Part shown: positions 1-13,989 of the stretch, piece after piece
Layout of the letters: the number at the start of each line of letters is the position of its first letter
Numbering within the stretch: the first letter of the stretch is position 1
NCBI GenBank assembly: GCA_951406725.2
Contig: OX597820.1
Span: forward strand, 52,514,001 to 52,578,000
From: Octopus vulgaris
Lineage: Eukaryota
Direction: 5' to 3'
DNA: 64,000 bases
Translations under genes and position numbers: made by a program
The notes under the pieces: generated by a model
The model's input: only the letters and a program-made list of their open reading frames with translations
Told to the model about the DNA's origin: nothing
Database searches by the model: none

Positions 1-37
1 TATATGTATGTGTATATATATATGCATATATATGTGT

Positions 38-123
<86 letters not shown>

Positions 124-589
124 CTATTTGCATGAATACAAGGGACATATATTTATATATTTAAGAGCAGTTAATATGAGTGTCTATGTATTATTATATT
201 TGTAAATGAGATTCATATAAATAAATGTGTGTCTATTTATATGTGTGTGTGTGTGTGTGTGTGATTTTGTCTGTGTGTGCATGTATACACACACACAATC
301 ACTCACATGTATGTACATACACAGAATATTGTATGCGTTCTTGATAAAAGGTTTTAAGCAAGAATTTCACTGTGGCTGATAAGTATCTGTACGTATTGCC
401 ACGTACACATAATCTTTACGAATTTTAAAAATTCACCAGCATCAACATTGGCGTTTGTCTTAGTGGAAAATTTCATTTCAAGTTAGTCATGTGTTCCTAG
501 TTTGTTATATAACCACGTTCACTTTTTAAAATCTTAGAGCGAAGTCAATGAGCATTTACGATTTGAAGCATAACTAGGTTTAGTAATTG

Positions 590-935
590 TTTCTAACATA
601 AGCAGAGTCCTAGAAGTTTTGTGAAAAGTGCGTTACTTGATTAAATGAATGATGGCTGCAGCGTCCATTTTACTGATAACGCAGCATTGAGGCCGAAAAT
701 AGGCAAGACATTTTTCCGGCACTTTAACGGATTTGGTAGCTGAGACAATGCAGCATTCTAGCTGGATGCAATAAATTTTTAAAACATAGTCACAGGGCCA
801 AAACTTTTGTGAAAAGAGAATTTGCTTGATCAATAGGATGATGGCTACAGTGTCAATTTTACTGATAACGCAACATTCGGAGTGAAAGTCCGTAAGTAAT
901 TTTTCCGACACTCTAACGAGTCTGGTAACAATGGC
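590..935 (-). repeat. Two tandem, strongly decayed SINE-like repeats (~190-bp period)
   Basis: 648-740 (atgatggctgcagcgtccattttactgataacgcagcatt...tttttccggcactttaacg) is repeated imperfectly at 837-930. It loosely resembles the reverse complement of SINE family B. Confidence 0.4.
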
Positions 936-1037
936 AATACGACGTGCTAGCTAGGTACTACGATGTTCGGTCATTTTACATCAAACTCCGCACAGCAAAT
1001 TCCAACGTATGGGCTTCTGGGTAACAAAACCCCTGCT

Positions 1038-1074
<37 letters not shown>

Positions 1075-1109
1075 ACGTGTTTGTATGTATGTATATGTTT
1101 GTATGTCTA

Positions 1110-1310
1110 TGTTTGTTCTCCCCCATCGTCACTTAACAACCGATGTTGGTGTGTTTACGTCCCCGTAACCAAGCGGTTCGGCAAAAGAGACCGATAGAAT
1201 AAGTACTAGGCTTACGAAGAATAAGTCCTGGGGTCGATTCGTCCGACTAAAGGTAGTACTCCAGCATGGCAGTAGTCAAATGACTGAAACAAGTAAAAGA
1301 GTAAAAGAAT
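1110..1310 (+). mobile_element. SINE family A, 3' half
   Basis: Matches the 3' half of the full copy at 12560-12995 (gtttacgtccccgtaac..gcggttcggcaaaagagaccgatagaataagtactaggc...gactgaaacaagtaaaagagtaaaaga). It follows a (TG)n tract. Confidence 0.85.
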
Positions 1311-3215
1311 ATGTACGAGATTATAAGATATCGCTTGGCTGGCCTAATATATTTAAAAACCTAAATAGTTTGTACTCTGTAAAGAATATGTTATTAATAA
1401 GTGGCGATGTAGTAACAATAAAAAGATATCGGTGTGTGACGGGCATTGACTCCGCAAGCCCAACAATATTTTCCACCAATTCCATAATTTCTTCAGTTCA
1501 TTTAAATGAATTGTTAGCTCTGCTTCAATACTTAATATATGATTTAACGAAATACATAAAAAAGAAACATTCTATATGAAAGTGAAAAACAAAAGCAAAA
1601 AAGAAAAAATTATACATACAGGAAACCAGAATTATTGAAAAAGCGTTTTCAGAGGAAACCTGCACGTTCGATACTATCAAGTTTGGTCTGCTAAACTTTA
1701 TGAATATATTTAAGTTTTCATTGATTATAATATGACAGCACAAAATATCAACGTATATATTTGAAGAATTCGTCTAAAATATAACAAGAAATTTCGTGAA
1801 ATATACCAAATTTGTGGGCCTAGGCAATATAAACTACCAGAATCAAGAATACCATTATTGTTAAAATGTTCCAGAATTACGTATGTATATCTTGTAAAAT
1901 AAGAATGAATCTTCCAATATACTTATATATTGCAAATGTATACCTAATTTGTATACATAATTATTTTTTATGACTTGATGGTAAATTGCTTGCCAAAACC
2001 GTATAGAAGCAATTCAAAATTCTACAATAGGTTGGCTTTCTTCTTATTTAGGGAAAAGCAGTAATGTTTTCTTTCAAATTAATTTGTGATAGATGGGCAA
2101 TGTCTATAACCAATTATCTTTGAGAGCCTCGGATAGTTTTAGTACGAAGAGGAATACCGCCTTCAAACAAACTATTTTTTAAAGCTCCAAAAACTGAACA
2201 CTGCTAAAATAATCCAGGGACCATAAAATGTCTTAAACGGGTGATGGATCAAGTTTGCCACCTAATATTTCAGAACATACATAGTCGGAAGATGTAGAAC
2301 ATGGCATGTCGTCCGACGTATTCACAATCTCCAAATCAACCTCAGTGAACTACCCAACCCGAAAATATGAAATCTAAAAAAAGATATTAATGAAATTTCA
2401 GCTCAGACAGTAGAGCCTTCACAAATGCCACGTGGCATTTTGCCCAGAGATCATACCACTTCCTGCCAATAAAATATATTCGAGAAGTGTGTATTTAATT
2501 TGATTGACGTTAAATAAGTTACAAAGAGCGCATAGATTTAACTGAGCTATAAAATTTATTTCTGTGAGACCTAAAAGTGCCGTACCTAATTTTCTAAAAG
2601 TCAAATAAGCGATACCTAATCAAAATGTTGAAATGTTTATTGAATTAAAAAAAAAATTATAGTACACATAATTTGTGAAAATATAAGACATAGATTAAAC
2701 ATGGCACGAAATAGAAAAAAATATTTATTAGGAAAGACAGATGAGATTGTCAAGTATTAAATATTAAGCGTAGAGCAAGAAATAATTAATAAGTATTTGT
2801 GAACATGTGATGTCAGTTATATAATACTTCATACTATACGGCATGTTGAGTCTAGCACAATGATAAATAGATATTAGGCGAATTCAATGGTAGTCTAGTG
2901 GAGAGGTAAAGTTACATATGCTGCATAAAAGGAACCTGATACAAAAATATATGATGAAGGAGAAAGAATTTCTTTTTGTGATTGAAGAGATCAATCAGTG
3001 ACTTGTAGCTAAATTTAGCAAAAAGAAGGAATATTATAAAGAATAACACAGATCAAACAAAAATAAATTGTTCTCTTCAAAGCAGAAAGTGTTCTTTATT
3101 CTGCAAACTGACATCGAAGAAACAGCTGGTGAGATATATGGGGGAAAGTTGTACGTCAGAACAAAAGCGGCGACTAAATAATATCTTACTAACGAACACG
3201 TGTGTTTACATTCAG

Positions 3216-3257
<42 letters not shown>

Positions 3258-3618
3258 GCTACTACTACTACTATTACTACTACTACTAGTAACAACAACA
3301 AAAATAATAATAATAATTATTATTATTATTATTACAATAATAATTCTTTTATTACAGTCACCAGGTCGATTTTCAGACATGTAACAAAGTATGCATAATC
3401 GTTACAAAAATACGAATGTGGGGATAACAGAGTTATATAAAAATGACGGTCAAGTAAATACTTAATACAGTGCGCGAGCGCATGCACACACACACACACA
3501 AACACACACATACATATATATAACAATTATATATATTATTAACTACATATACTTAATATATATTGCTTTGTGTATTTTCCGGTGGTTGCAATAGCGTGGT
3601 GTGGATATGAGCGCGTGG

Positions 3619-3667
<49 letters not shown>

Positions 3668-5517
3668 TGTGTGTGTGTGACCGTGTTAGAAACTTGAAAT
3701 AATAGACCGTTATACAGCAATACAATAATATTAAGATATATAATTTATAGAACATAAAAGACAAATGGGCTACCCTTAGCTTCACACAAATGAAGAACAC
3801 TACCAGTTGGACCAGGTCAATGCAAACTACAACTCTTTCAGTGTATTATTCGTCATAATAGGACGAGTGCATCAGAAGGCACCGGTGAACATGATTTATT
3901 TTCAATTTGTTAGAAAACAGCCAGCTTCGCGTGGGAAATCTTGTTTGAAGATGATGTAGACATTTGGTGTGGCCTTTACTAACATTCTATCAGTTGCATG
4001 TTTCTTAAATTCAGCTCTTATATTACCATCGTAGTGCAGCTTAGAATTTTCGACTTTAAATTTCAGAGTACACAAATTGATTGAAAGCCACATTTCTGAA
4101 TCACCGAACAGTAGAACTCATGACGAGCTCATGAAGAAAGGTTTATCATGTCTATTTCTGATGCCTTCTGCAACGGTCAATAAATTTCTTCTGTCCCATT
4201 TTCTTCCTTCCACTGCTAACATTCTACTAGTCATCTCTGTATCCTCTATTTGCTCCTGAACGAAGTAATATTATGAGTTAGTGACGTGAGACACGGTTTT
4301 TGACTTCATCAGTTTTAGTTTCAATGATGAGGCGATATTTTTTGGTCATGATCTGTGATGCAAGTGGTGGTGAGACTAACATAAGCCACTTTTTGTTTTT
4401 TGGCTTATGTTTCTGTTAATCTCTTCTACACATTCATCTTTCCTTTCGTTCTCGTTTCCCAAGTCGGGAAACTTTCAAGGAACTATCATACTCAACTGGA
4501 ACTTTTGCACTGAACAACCAGTGTCAATTGTATTCTATTCACACCCACCGCTAGCATGACTCCAAAGTGGCTTTGTGGTTTACGGGTAACAGCATTATGA
4601 TCTTCACTAACGCCTTCCAACAACATATTATTTATGTAACTCTGCGCTGAAAAATTTACCAATAATGCAGAAGAAATGTGACAGCGAGCCTTGAGGGAGA
4701 AGAGATTTCTACAGCTAATATGTGTGACTGCCTCTCTTTTATTACACTACGAACTGCTGGATTTTCTTAATTTACTTGTTTCAGGGCAAGGAAAACATCC
4801 TTCCCCCTGTAAGAAGATAGACACACGTCAGTTTTCTCCTAATTCGTTCCTGTACATATTACTCACCCCGCGTGGCAGTCTTTTCTGATTCATCGCTATC
4901 AGTCTTCCTTCTCTAGCTGGATACGACTTACGATAAAAAAAATGTCCACAAAATTGGTGACCAGATATCACCCATTGTGTAAGATTAATAATTTTCGTGA
5001 TTGTTTTTAATGCTTTTCTTTCCAAAATTCCCGCTACAATCTACCACACTAACAATTTTATTGACAGATATATCACTACTTATACTGTAACGTAGTTCAA
5101 AATCTAACTGAGATCAACATTGCTTTGCATACTTCGGACACGAAAAAATACAGTTATCAATCAAATAATGGAGTTGATGGTACTGATTAATCTCGACCTT
5201 CATAACAACTTGCTTTCTGCCTTATTTAGAAATAAAAGGTTGTTGCAATCGCAGAATCATATCGACTAACACACCTTCTCTCAAAATGGCAGTGTTCTGC
5301 ATAAATTTGAATAATTGCAGATAATTTTAAATATAGGAAAATGTGTCACGGTATTTGTTCCGGCTCCTTATATCCTCAGTCTAAATCCTGCGGTGGTCAA
5401 CTTTGCTTTTGATCCTACTGAGGGCGATAACATAGCGTACCGATGAATAACTGGGTTTGAAGTATCGAGTAATGCCATTTCCTTCAAATTATTGACCTTA
5501 TGTCTAAATTATGAGTC

Positions 5518-5574
<57 letters not shown>

Positions 5575-5575
5575 T

Positions 5576-5642
<67 letters not shown>

Positions 5643-5645
<3 letters not shown>

Positions 5646-5940
5646 CTGGAAATAGAGGAAACTCGAATGTGGAGTCTAAAAACAGAAACAATTCCTATCA
5701 TAGTAGGTGCATTAGGTATGATAAAAAAATATTCAGACAAATATATAACAAAAACAACTGGACTTACAAGTATATATAACATACAGAAATTAGCACTACT
5801 AGGCAGTGCACACATCCTACGTTGAACACTTTCAATTCAGTGAAAATAAGAGCATCATAACTAACTAACCGCAGCACATAGCCAAGGATCACAGAGCTGC
5901 GCTCTGTAGTGTAGAGAAAGCACGTGATAAATACTACTGA
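5643..5940 (+). mobile_element. 5'-truncated R4/Dong-type (RLE) non-LTR retrotransposon, 3' fragment
   Basis: Translates to DLEIEETRMWSLKTETIPIIVGALGMIKKY...IQKLALLGSAHILR, the C-terminus of the restriction-like endonuclease ORF. The 3'UTR ends in actactga + (ATA)n. Highly similar to 6413-7010. Confidence 0.85.
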
Positions 5941-5943
5941 ATA

Positions 5944-6022
<79 letters not shown>

Positions 6023-6412
6023 GAAGAGTGCCACATCATGTGAAATTCGCTGAACAATATTTCGGCATATAGCGTGCCTTCCACAGGTTCAAAATTACAT
6101 GTCAGTCTACTTCAATTTTTGTTAAGACTATATAGGACCGAGGTAACTCATCCAGAAGTTAAACATGCTAGGTGCCGAAATATTGTTCAACGAATTTCAC
6201 ATGATATGGCACCCTTCTATTTATTTGTGTTTAACTTAAACAACTTAAACAACAACAATAACAACAACAACAATAAGAAGAAGAAGAAGAAGAAGAAGAA
6301 GGAGGAGGAGGAGGAGGAGGAGAAGAAGAAGAAGAAGAAGAAGAAGAAGAAGAAGAAGAAGAAGAAGAAGAAGAAGAAGAAGAAGAAGAAGAAGAAGAAG
6401 AAGAAGAAGAAG

Positions 6413-7006
6413 AAGGAATATATTCACAGACACGACAGAGTTGGGACCTATATACACTGGAAACTATGCCAACATTATGGAATAACAACAGAAAAAAGAT
6501 GGTATAGGCACACACCAGAAAAGGTCACAGAAAACGAGAAAGCAACCATACTCTGGGATATGCCAATACACACAGATAGAGAAATTAAGGCCAACAGACC
6601 AGATATAGTTGTCAGAGATCATGAAGAAAAAAAATGTTTTCTAATTGATGTATCAATACCAGAGGATGACAACGTGTCTCTAAAAGAAATGGAGAAACTT
6701 TCAAAATACAAAGACCTGGAAATAGAGGTAACCAGAATGTGGAATCTAAAAACAGAAACAATTCCTATCATAATAGGTGCATTAGGTATGATAAAAAATA
6801 TTCAGACAAATACATAACAAAAACACCAGGACTTACAAACACATATAACATACAGAAAATTGCACTACTAGGCACTGCACACATCCTACGCAGAACACTT
6901 TCCATACAATAACCATCAGAGCATCACAACAAATCACAGCACATACCCAAGGCACACAGAGCTGCGCTCGGTAGTGAAGTGAAAGCACGATATAAAAAAT
7001 ATACTA

Positions 7007-7010
<4 letters not shown>
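6413..7010 (+). mobile_element. 5'-truncated R4/Dong-type (RLE) non-LTR retrotransposon, 3' fragment
   Basis: Translates to KEYIHRHDRVG..HWKLC..WDMPIHTDREIKANRPDIVV..LIDVSIP..EKLSKYKDLEIE, with the RHD motif and PD-(D/E)xK RLE motif. A 1-nt deletion in the A-run near 6795 shifts the frame. Followed by (AAT)n at 7011-7101. Confidence 0.9.
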
Positions 7011-7103
<93 letters not shown>

Positions 7104-7979
7104 TCGATGATGATTTCATTTATTTTGTCACCTGGATGAAGGATGAGGGACAATACAAAGACAGATATAATAATAATAATAATAATAATAATAGATCACT
7201 TAAACTTGTTAGGGTAGTGGGACCCTTTAGGTCTTTTGAATTCAGCCCTTCTAGAGATGGTGGCATCTCAATAAAAATACTGGTGGCTATGGACACCTCA
7301 TCACCACTTTCCTCAGTATGAGAGTAATGGATATAAGAATTAATATTTGTATAACATGCTTACAAAATATCTAAAATGATATTGATTTGAAACAAAACAC
7401 CAAATTTGTAACATATCTGACTGAACTAATTGAATGCTGCATTCATTTAACAAATACATAAAGATGAAAAGCGAAGAGGACCAGGCGAGTTTTGAACTCA
7501 AAACAAAAAGAGGTGTGTGTAACTTAAATACCACAAGCAATAGTGCGCTTAGCTCTAACCGATTCTGCCAAAAACCTATCATTAGTCATTAGCTAAGATT
7601 CCTTCGTCCTCTCAAAAATATTTCTATTTTTTTTCTATTTATTTATTTAATGCTAGCTACATAAAATATGTTAACACTTAAGATATCTATTGAATTATTC
7701 TGCACTCCACGTAGCATCACCAGCCCAGTATTCCAGGAATTGTACACCTAACGATCCTCAATAATGTTCTCACACCCCACTTACATTGCTTCATAGGCAA
7801 TCACCGTGAATATGACTTCCGTTCAGCAACATCTGCCTATAGGATTCTTTACGATAAGTAATTGTCGTTTGTTTATATGTTGTTGTGAATGTTGCACAGG
7901 CATTAATGGAGAAATTTCCATATTTTAAAATAAATTTACTTTAGCTATTCCACATTCAGTTACATTCACATTCTTTCTC

Positions 7980-8028
<49 letters not shown>

Positions 8029-8101
8029 TGAATATACATATATAAAAATATATACATATGCATTATACATGCATCTACATGTGTATATGTGTGTGCGGGC
8101 C

Positions 8102-8155
<54 letters not shown>

Positions 8156-8914
8156 ATGTATGTATATGTATACGTATATATATATATACACGCATAAGCA
8201 TGCAAACACTTGATCAACTATATACATATATGCTCATAAATACACACACACACACACACACTCACATACACACACAGAACAGTGATACAATTCCTGTGCT
8301 TGCGTGCATATAAGTATGTAGTGAGATGTGATATATTAGTGTGACAGGGAGCTGTTAACAATTAATGTCCCCAAAATTAGACCACGTTCTTCATATCCAT
8401 CAACCCGTGTCTTTCTCCCTTCAGTGCTCACCTAGTAAAACATGCAATGTTGATTTTGATTTTGTTTTTGTTTTTTTCTTTGTTTTGGATTGGTTTTCGT
8501 TTTGTTTTGTTTATTTTCCTTATTTATTTTCTCTATTTTTATTCCATTTTTTTTTTGGGGGGGGGGGGGAATTTATTCGTTTAAAACTATTCCTAATTCA
8601 GAATCCGTTTCACTTTCATCTGTTCTCAAACATTCTGCTAAGTCTTCCCCCACCCAACTCAATATCACATCTGCTGAAAATTCGCTCTCTACAATGTCTC
8701 CGCCCTATCACATGTTTGCTGTGCCTGTACATCTGCATTTGACAATCAGTGTATATTCAGACAAACGCAACTATAAATCCATAACATACACGCGCACATA
8801 CACACAAACCATAAACTTGCACATAATTTATGTGCGTAAGCGCGCGTCTCTTTGACATATATATATATATATATACATAGCAATAAACACATACACACAC
8901 ACACGTGTATATGG

Positions 8915-9157
8915 GTGTGGACTCGCGCTTTCGATTCCCAGACCGAGCGTTATGAGTGTTTCTTGAGCGAAAACACCTAAAGACTTCGGCAGGGAGGGGT
9001 GGCGAAACCTGGTGTATTCTTTCACCACAACTTCCACTCTTTCTTCCTATTTCTGTTGTAGCTCTATTTCGAAAGGCCAGCCTTGTCACACGCTGTGTCA
9101 CGCTGTCTGTGGAGTGCACAGAACAACTGGAACCCTAGTCGTTGCAGTGCTTCCAAT
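8915..9157 (+). mobile_element. Decayed tRNA-derived SINE (family C-like)
   Basis: Has B-box-like ttcgattcc and gtgtttcttgagc..aacac. The tail atttcgaaagg..ttgtcac..tgtctgtggagtg..caactggaacc is shared with 26800-27110. Confidence 0.5.
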
Positions 9158-9161
9158 ATAC

Positions 9162-9208
<47 letters not shown>

Positions 9209-9286
9209 AAAAGAGAGAGAGAGAGAAAGCGAGAGAGATCCAGATATAGATATACGTATATGTATGTATTTACACACACATAAATA

Positions 9287-9328
<42 letters not shown>

Positions 9329-9419
9329 CATACACATATATATATACAGATGTATATACGCACACACAAGCACGCACATATGTAGATACATATATAACTA
9401 TCTCTCTCTATATATATAC

Positions 9420-9467
<48 letters not shown>

Positions 9468-11252
9468 TTATATATGTATGTGTGTGTAAAGCACTGTGCG
9501 TGAAGGGCGCCCACTTTTCTTTAGGACTTGTTTCTTGAAAACAATATCGTATATAAAAATGAAGTGCAGCTAGTTTCTAATCATTTCAGCCGCTGTTATG
9601 CCATTGATTTTATGAATGATTGTATTGAAAGTGGGTTCAGTGCTGTGCAAAACTTTATCCACTCAAACACAAATTCCCACACAAGAACTTCTTAGACTCT
9701 CGGAACGCTCCCACGGTCTTACTGAATTTAAGAAATTCACTTACTTGGTTATGAGTTAGCTTGAAACCTATATACACACATATTTGTGCGTGTTTGTGTG
9801 TGTGTTTATATATAGATATATGTACATATATATATATATGTGCATGGAAAGACACATACATACATATATATATATATATATATGAGTATGTATGTATGTA
9901 TGTATGTATGTATGTATGTATGTATGTATGTATGTATATATACGTGTACGATTATGTATATGTATGTATGTATATATTATGTGTGTTGGTGCAACCACAG
10001 AAGTTTCTTTCTTTTTACTTCTTATTTGTTTCTGTTTTTTTATGTTCTTCTTGGGGATTGGTCTTTTTACAGTACTCGAAATTCTTTATACACTCTTGAA
10101 GGGTGCGCACTTATTTAGACATATAATACGTCATTATTTTGATGTTTAAAAATGTTTACAATTAAATAATTAATTGTACCCGGGAAGAATACAATCTATA
10201 TTAAAAGAGAATAGTTAGGTTGAAATTCTATGTGTTATTGCTTCAGATAAACTTGTTAAGTAATACTGAAAAAATGCAAGATTAAAAACAATGTAAGCAA
10301 CTAAAAAAAAGTAAGCAGAACAACAATTATAATTTAAACTTATATTTCACCATTTCGTTCTAATTAATTCTCCTTCAGGACAGTAGAGAATAATGTGTTA
10401 GTTAAATATGTGGTGGCAAGCACAGACTGAAGTTGTTATGATAACAACATCATGCGTATTTAAATAAATATTTTATATATATTGTTTCCGATGATTATGT
10501 ATAAAATTCTGCATTTCTAGGAGGCATTCAAGAGTCATATCAATTGCACTGTTTTTATTTGCGAGAATTTGAATATCAATGTTTACATTGGTTGGTTAGT
10601 TGCTAGTAAAACTTGGAATGATCCGAGTTTTACTAGGTGAAGAAATTCCCTGATCTCAGAGTTTCCAGATATCCGCCTGCACTGCACAGCTGTAAATGTT
10701 TCAGTGAGACCCTGCATGTATCGCATAACACGCCGAAACACTTAACTAGAAAAAGGATTTTTCAATCACCTGACACAAACAAAGTTCTCTCTTGGCTAAC
10801 TTTAAACGATTAATTGCTACGACACATATCATATATAATTGTTACAATACATTCCAATGAAGCACCACTTTACATGAGAGTCTAACTGCTTTTCCACTAA
10901 CAACGTTACTCACTGCATTTTTGATAGCTCTTAATATTTCCTGCATAGAACAGCTGAATAAGGCTCTTGAAGGATGGGCAGATAAAGGAAACAAAGCACT
11001 TGAAGAATGTAACATTTTGAAATTAACAAAATGTGAAACAGCTCAACATGTCCTAGGCAAACTAGTGCAAAAACATCAAGATTCAACGAAAATGATATCC
11101 AACTACAGACACTGCAGGAGGAAAGGACCATTGCAAAGGCAAGGCAGCTAAAACACAACACAAGGTCTAACAGAGGGAAAATTAGTGGAAGTAAGAAGAA
11201 AGCTGCAACAATATAGTAGGTAGTGTATGGGTGAGTAAGTGGTGTGTGTTTT

Positions 11253-11296
<44 letters not shown>

Positions 11297-11297
<1 letters not shown>

Positions 11298-11836
11298 GAG
11301 CAAAACGCCCCCCGTTAAATGGACGGTGCGAGGTTGTCAAACATTTAAACCAAATTTTCTCAAAATCACTTGTCCGACCGTCCCATAGACCTCTCCTTTG
11401 ATAAACACAGATTTAACCTTAATTTGAGTCACCAGCAAAAGATGAAATAAAGATAGACTTTTTTTCTGTTCCAAAGAAAAACGATTTTATTCACACAAAT
11501 ATGCAACCGAAGAGTTTAAAGTACCAGTAATGATAAGGCTGTTGACTGGGGGAGCACAAACATGGTTTAAACAGTAAGCTTGGCATGAAAGAAACGTGCC
11601 TTTAAGCAGTACAAAAACAACAAAAAATGCAAGGCGCAGCTGTGTACAGGTTGTGACGGAAGAAAAGCAGGACAAAAATGGCTTTATCGATCGTATTCCC
11701 ACCTGGAATCGATTTTTGTAATTTTTTTTAGGAATTGTAATATCCAATTTGAGCGCAATAGGATGGAGGATACCCGAAATCCTAGAAGGCATACATACAC
11801 ACACAGAGACAGACAAACGGATTTTATATAATAAAT
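11297..11836 (-). mobile_element. Probable non-autonomous Helitron-like element
   Basis: The minus strand starts tttattatataaaatccgtttgtctgtctctgtgtg, a Helitron-type 5' end with a short internal microsatellite. It ends with a ccgt/acgg hairpin followed by ...ttttgCTCG|t, similar to the CTRR terminus. Flanked by (TA)n. Confidence 0.5.
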
Positions 11837-11862
11837 ACACGCGCGCGCGCATATATATATAT

Positions 11863-11903
<41 letters not shown>

Positions 11904-12559
11904 TATGCATATATGTAGATGAGTGTATATATGTGTGTATGTATGTATCTATGTACGTATGTATGCATGTACATGTGTGTGCGTGCGCGTGTGTCAGTGC
12001 GTGCGTTGATGCGTATGTATATGTATGTGTGTGTGTATTTGTGTGTGTGCGCGCGCAACTACAATGGAAGAATATCCAGGTTTATGTTTGCTTATTATTT
12101 GGTCTCTTAATACATTCTCTAAAAATGTGAGGTATACCCATCAAAATACCCATCCAGAACTATTACATTTGGAAAAGCCAAATTTCATGGAATATTAAAG
12201 TTATTAAGTACCCAGAAATATTACGAAAATTATGGATGTTATTATAATAAATTTCTGGACTGAAAACGCAATATGAAGGTTGATATATAAATAAAGAACA
12301 GTAATACGTAAATAAACCCTGTAATATTAAAAAATACATCGAGAAATTACACAGAAAATTCTAATGATATTTTGAGGAGCCTCTTTAACTAAAATCTACA
12401 TAAATACATCAGCATAAAACATCTATAGTTAAACATATGATTTAGGAACAGTACCCTCTACAATAGTTTATACCCAGTAAACAGGTACCATCTTACTATA
12501 ACAAGAAAAAAATATCAAAATAATAAATGACACTTTTGGACAAACGTTATACAAGTTAT

Positions 12560-12995
12560 AGGCGTAGGAGTGGCTTTGTGTTAAGTAGCTTGCTTACCAA
12601 CCACACGGTTCCGGGTTCAGTCTCACTACGTGGCACCTTGGGCAAGTGCCTTCTACTATAGCCTCGGGCCGACCAAAGCCTTGTGAGTGGATTTGGCAGA
12701 CGGAAACTGTAAGAAGCCCGTTGTGTATATGTATATATATATACATATTTATATATACATATGTATGTGTGTGTATATGTTTGTGTGTCTGTGTTTGTCC
12801 CACCATCATACCTTGATAACCGATGCTGGTGTGTTTATGTCCCAGTAACTTAGCGGTTCGGCAAAAGAGATCGATAGAATAAGTACTAGGCTTACAGAGA
12901 ACATGTCCTGGGGTTTATTTGCTCGACTACAGGCGGTGCTCCAGCATAGCCACAGTCAAATGACTGAAACAAGTAAAAGAGAGTAAAAGAGAGAG
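12560..12995 (+). mobile_element. Full-length tRNA-derived SINE family A with an internal (TA/TG)n microsatellite
   Basis: A-box-like tggctttgtgtt and B-box-like gggttcagtct, then the body gcaccttgggcaagtg...gacggaaactg. An internal microsatellite spans ~12723-12795. The 3' half ends in (gtaaaaga)n. Confidence 0.9.
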
Positions 12996-13929
12996 AGTCT
13001 TGTTTTATCCGACACATATGAGATCTTGGCCATAGAACTGTGACATGAAAGTCGCTGAAAGATATTGGGAAATAATGAAAAATCATTGAAACACAGAAGC
13101 GAATGTAAGGAGATTTGTAATATGCAATAAAGGAACAATACAGCAAAAGCAAACAAAAAAAACAACTCATGGAATGCATATCTTCTGAAAAATAAACCCA
13201 GGCAACCGACAACATACGAAACAAATAACAATATCCTACAAGCTAGAGAAAACATTACAGAATAGCTCGCCATTCACAAAACATATAAGTCTGCAAAAGG
13301 AAGAGAACAACAAACAGAAGTGACCACAGCTTCAATAGATAAGACCTTAAAATACGATGACAATGCCACAGGAAGCAGTAAACACAGCAAAAAAATGCTT
13401 TACACCAAACGAGAAAAATAAAGAAGAAATGACAATGCGATAATGGACATTACACGACTCTCCGTGGATCGGCCAAAACACAGCCACACTTAACCAAACA
13501 CTAAAAAATAAACATCATAAAAAAAACAGAAACCGCAATGGATGAACTAATGTTGCCATTGAGAGATACCTGGGAGAAGCAGTAAAAGAAATAAAAGAGC
13601 GTATTTAATAATCAATGAAAAATATGGATAAAAGGAAACTTCTGTCCATCTGTACATGGACAAACAACATCCCAAATGGATGGAGTAGCAAGACATCACG
13701 TCACACCAATTTATCTATTATTCGAAAATCGCTACACTGAACGATCTCCACTGTTTACTAGTGAAAAGAAAGCAGATTTGATCTCAACTGAATAAAGCAC
13801 TCCTCCGGCCAACCTAGCAAAAAAGAAAAAAAATGGACAGAAGATATATTACTTAACAAAGAGAGAAAAACAACCGGAAATGTCAATCTTTACGCGACGA
13901 AACGATAAATGTCAAATCTGATAGAGGTG

Positions 13930-13989
<60 letters not shown>

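Noticed and set aside
3880-4500. Possible DNA-transposon remnant (..IIFKQD..)
   Set aside because: There is one weak motif, with no TIRs or further catalytic motifs.
6074-6412. N-terminal part of the 247-aa ORF with polyN/K/E
   Set aside because: It is chance read-through of flank and microsatellite into the RLE fragment, not a gene.
7120-7370. Minus-strand IQILILISITLILRKV resembling a Dong C-terminus, with a tail loosely like SINE B
   Set aside because: The match is short and degenerate, and the flanking repeat orientation does not fit the other copies.
13000-13900. A-rich stretch suggestive of a very old RTE-like LINE
   Set aside because: I could not recover an unambiguous APE or RT motif by eye; it needs a translated search.
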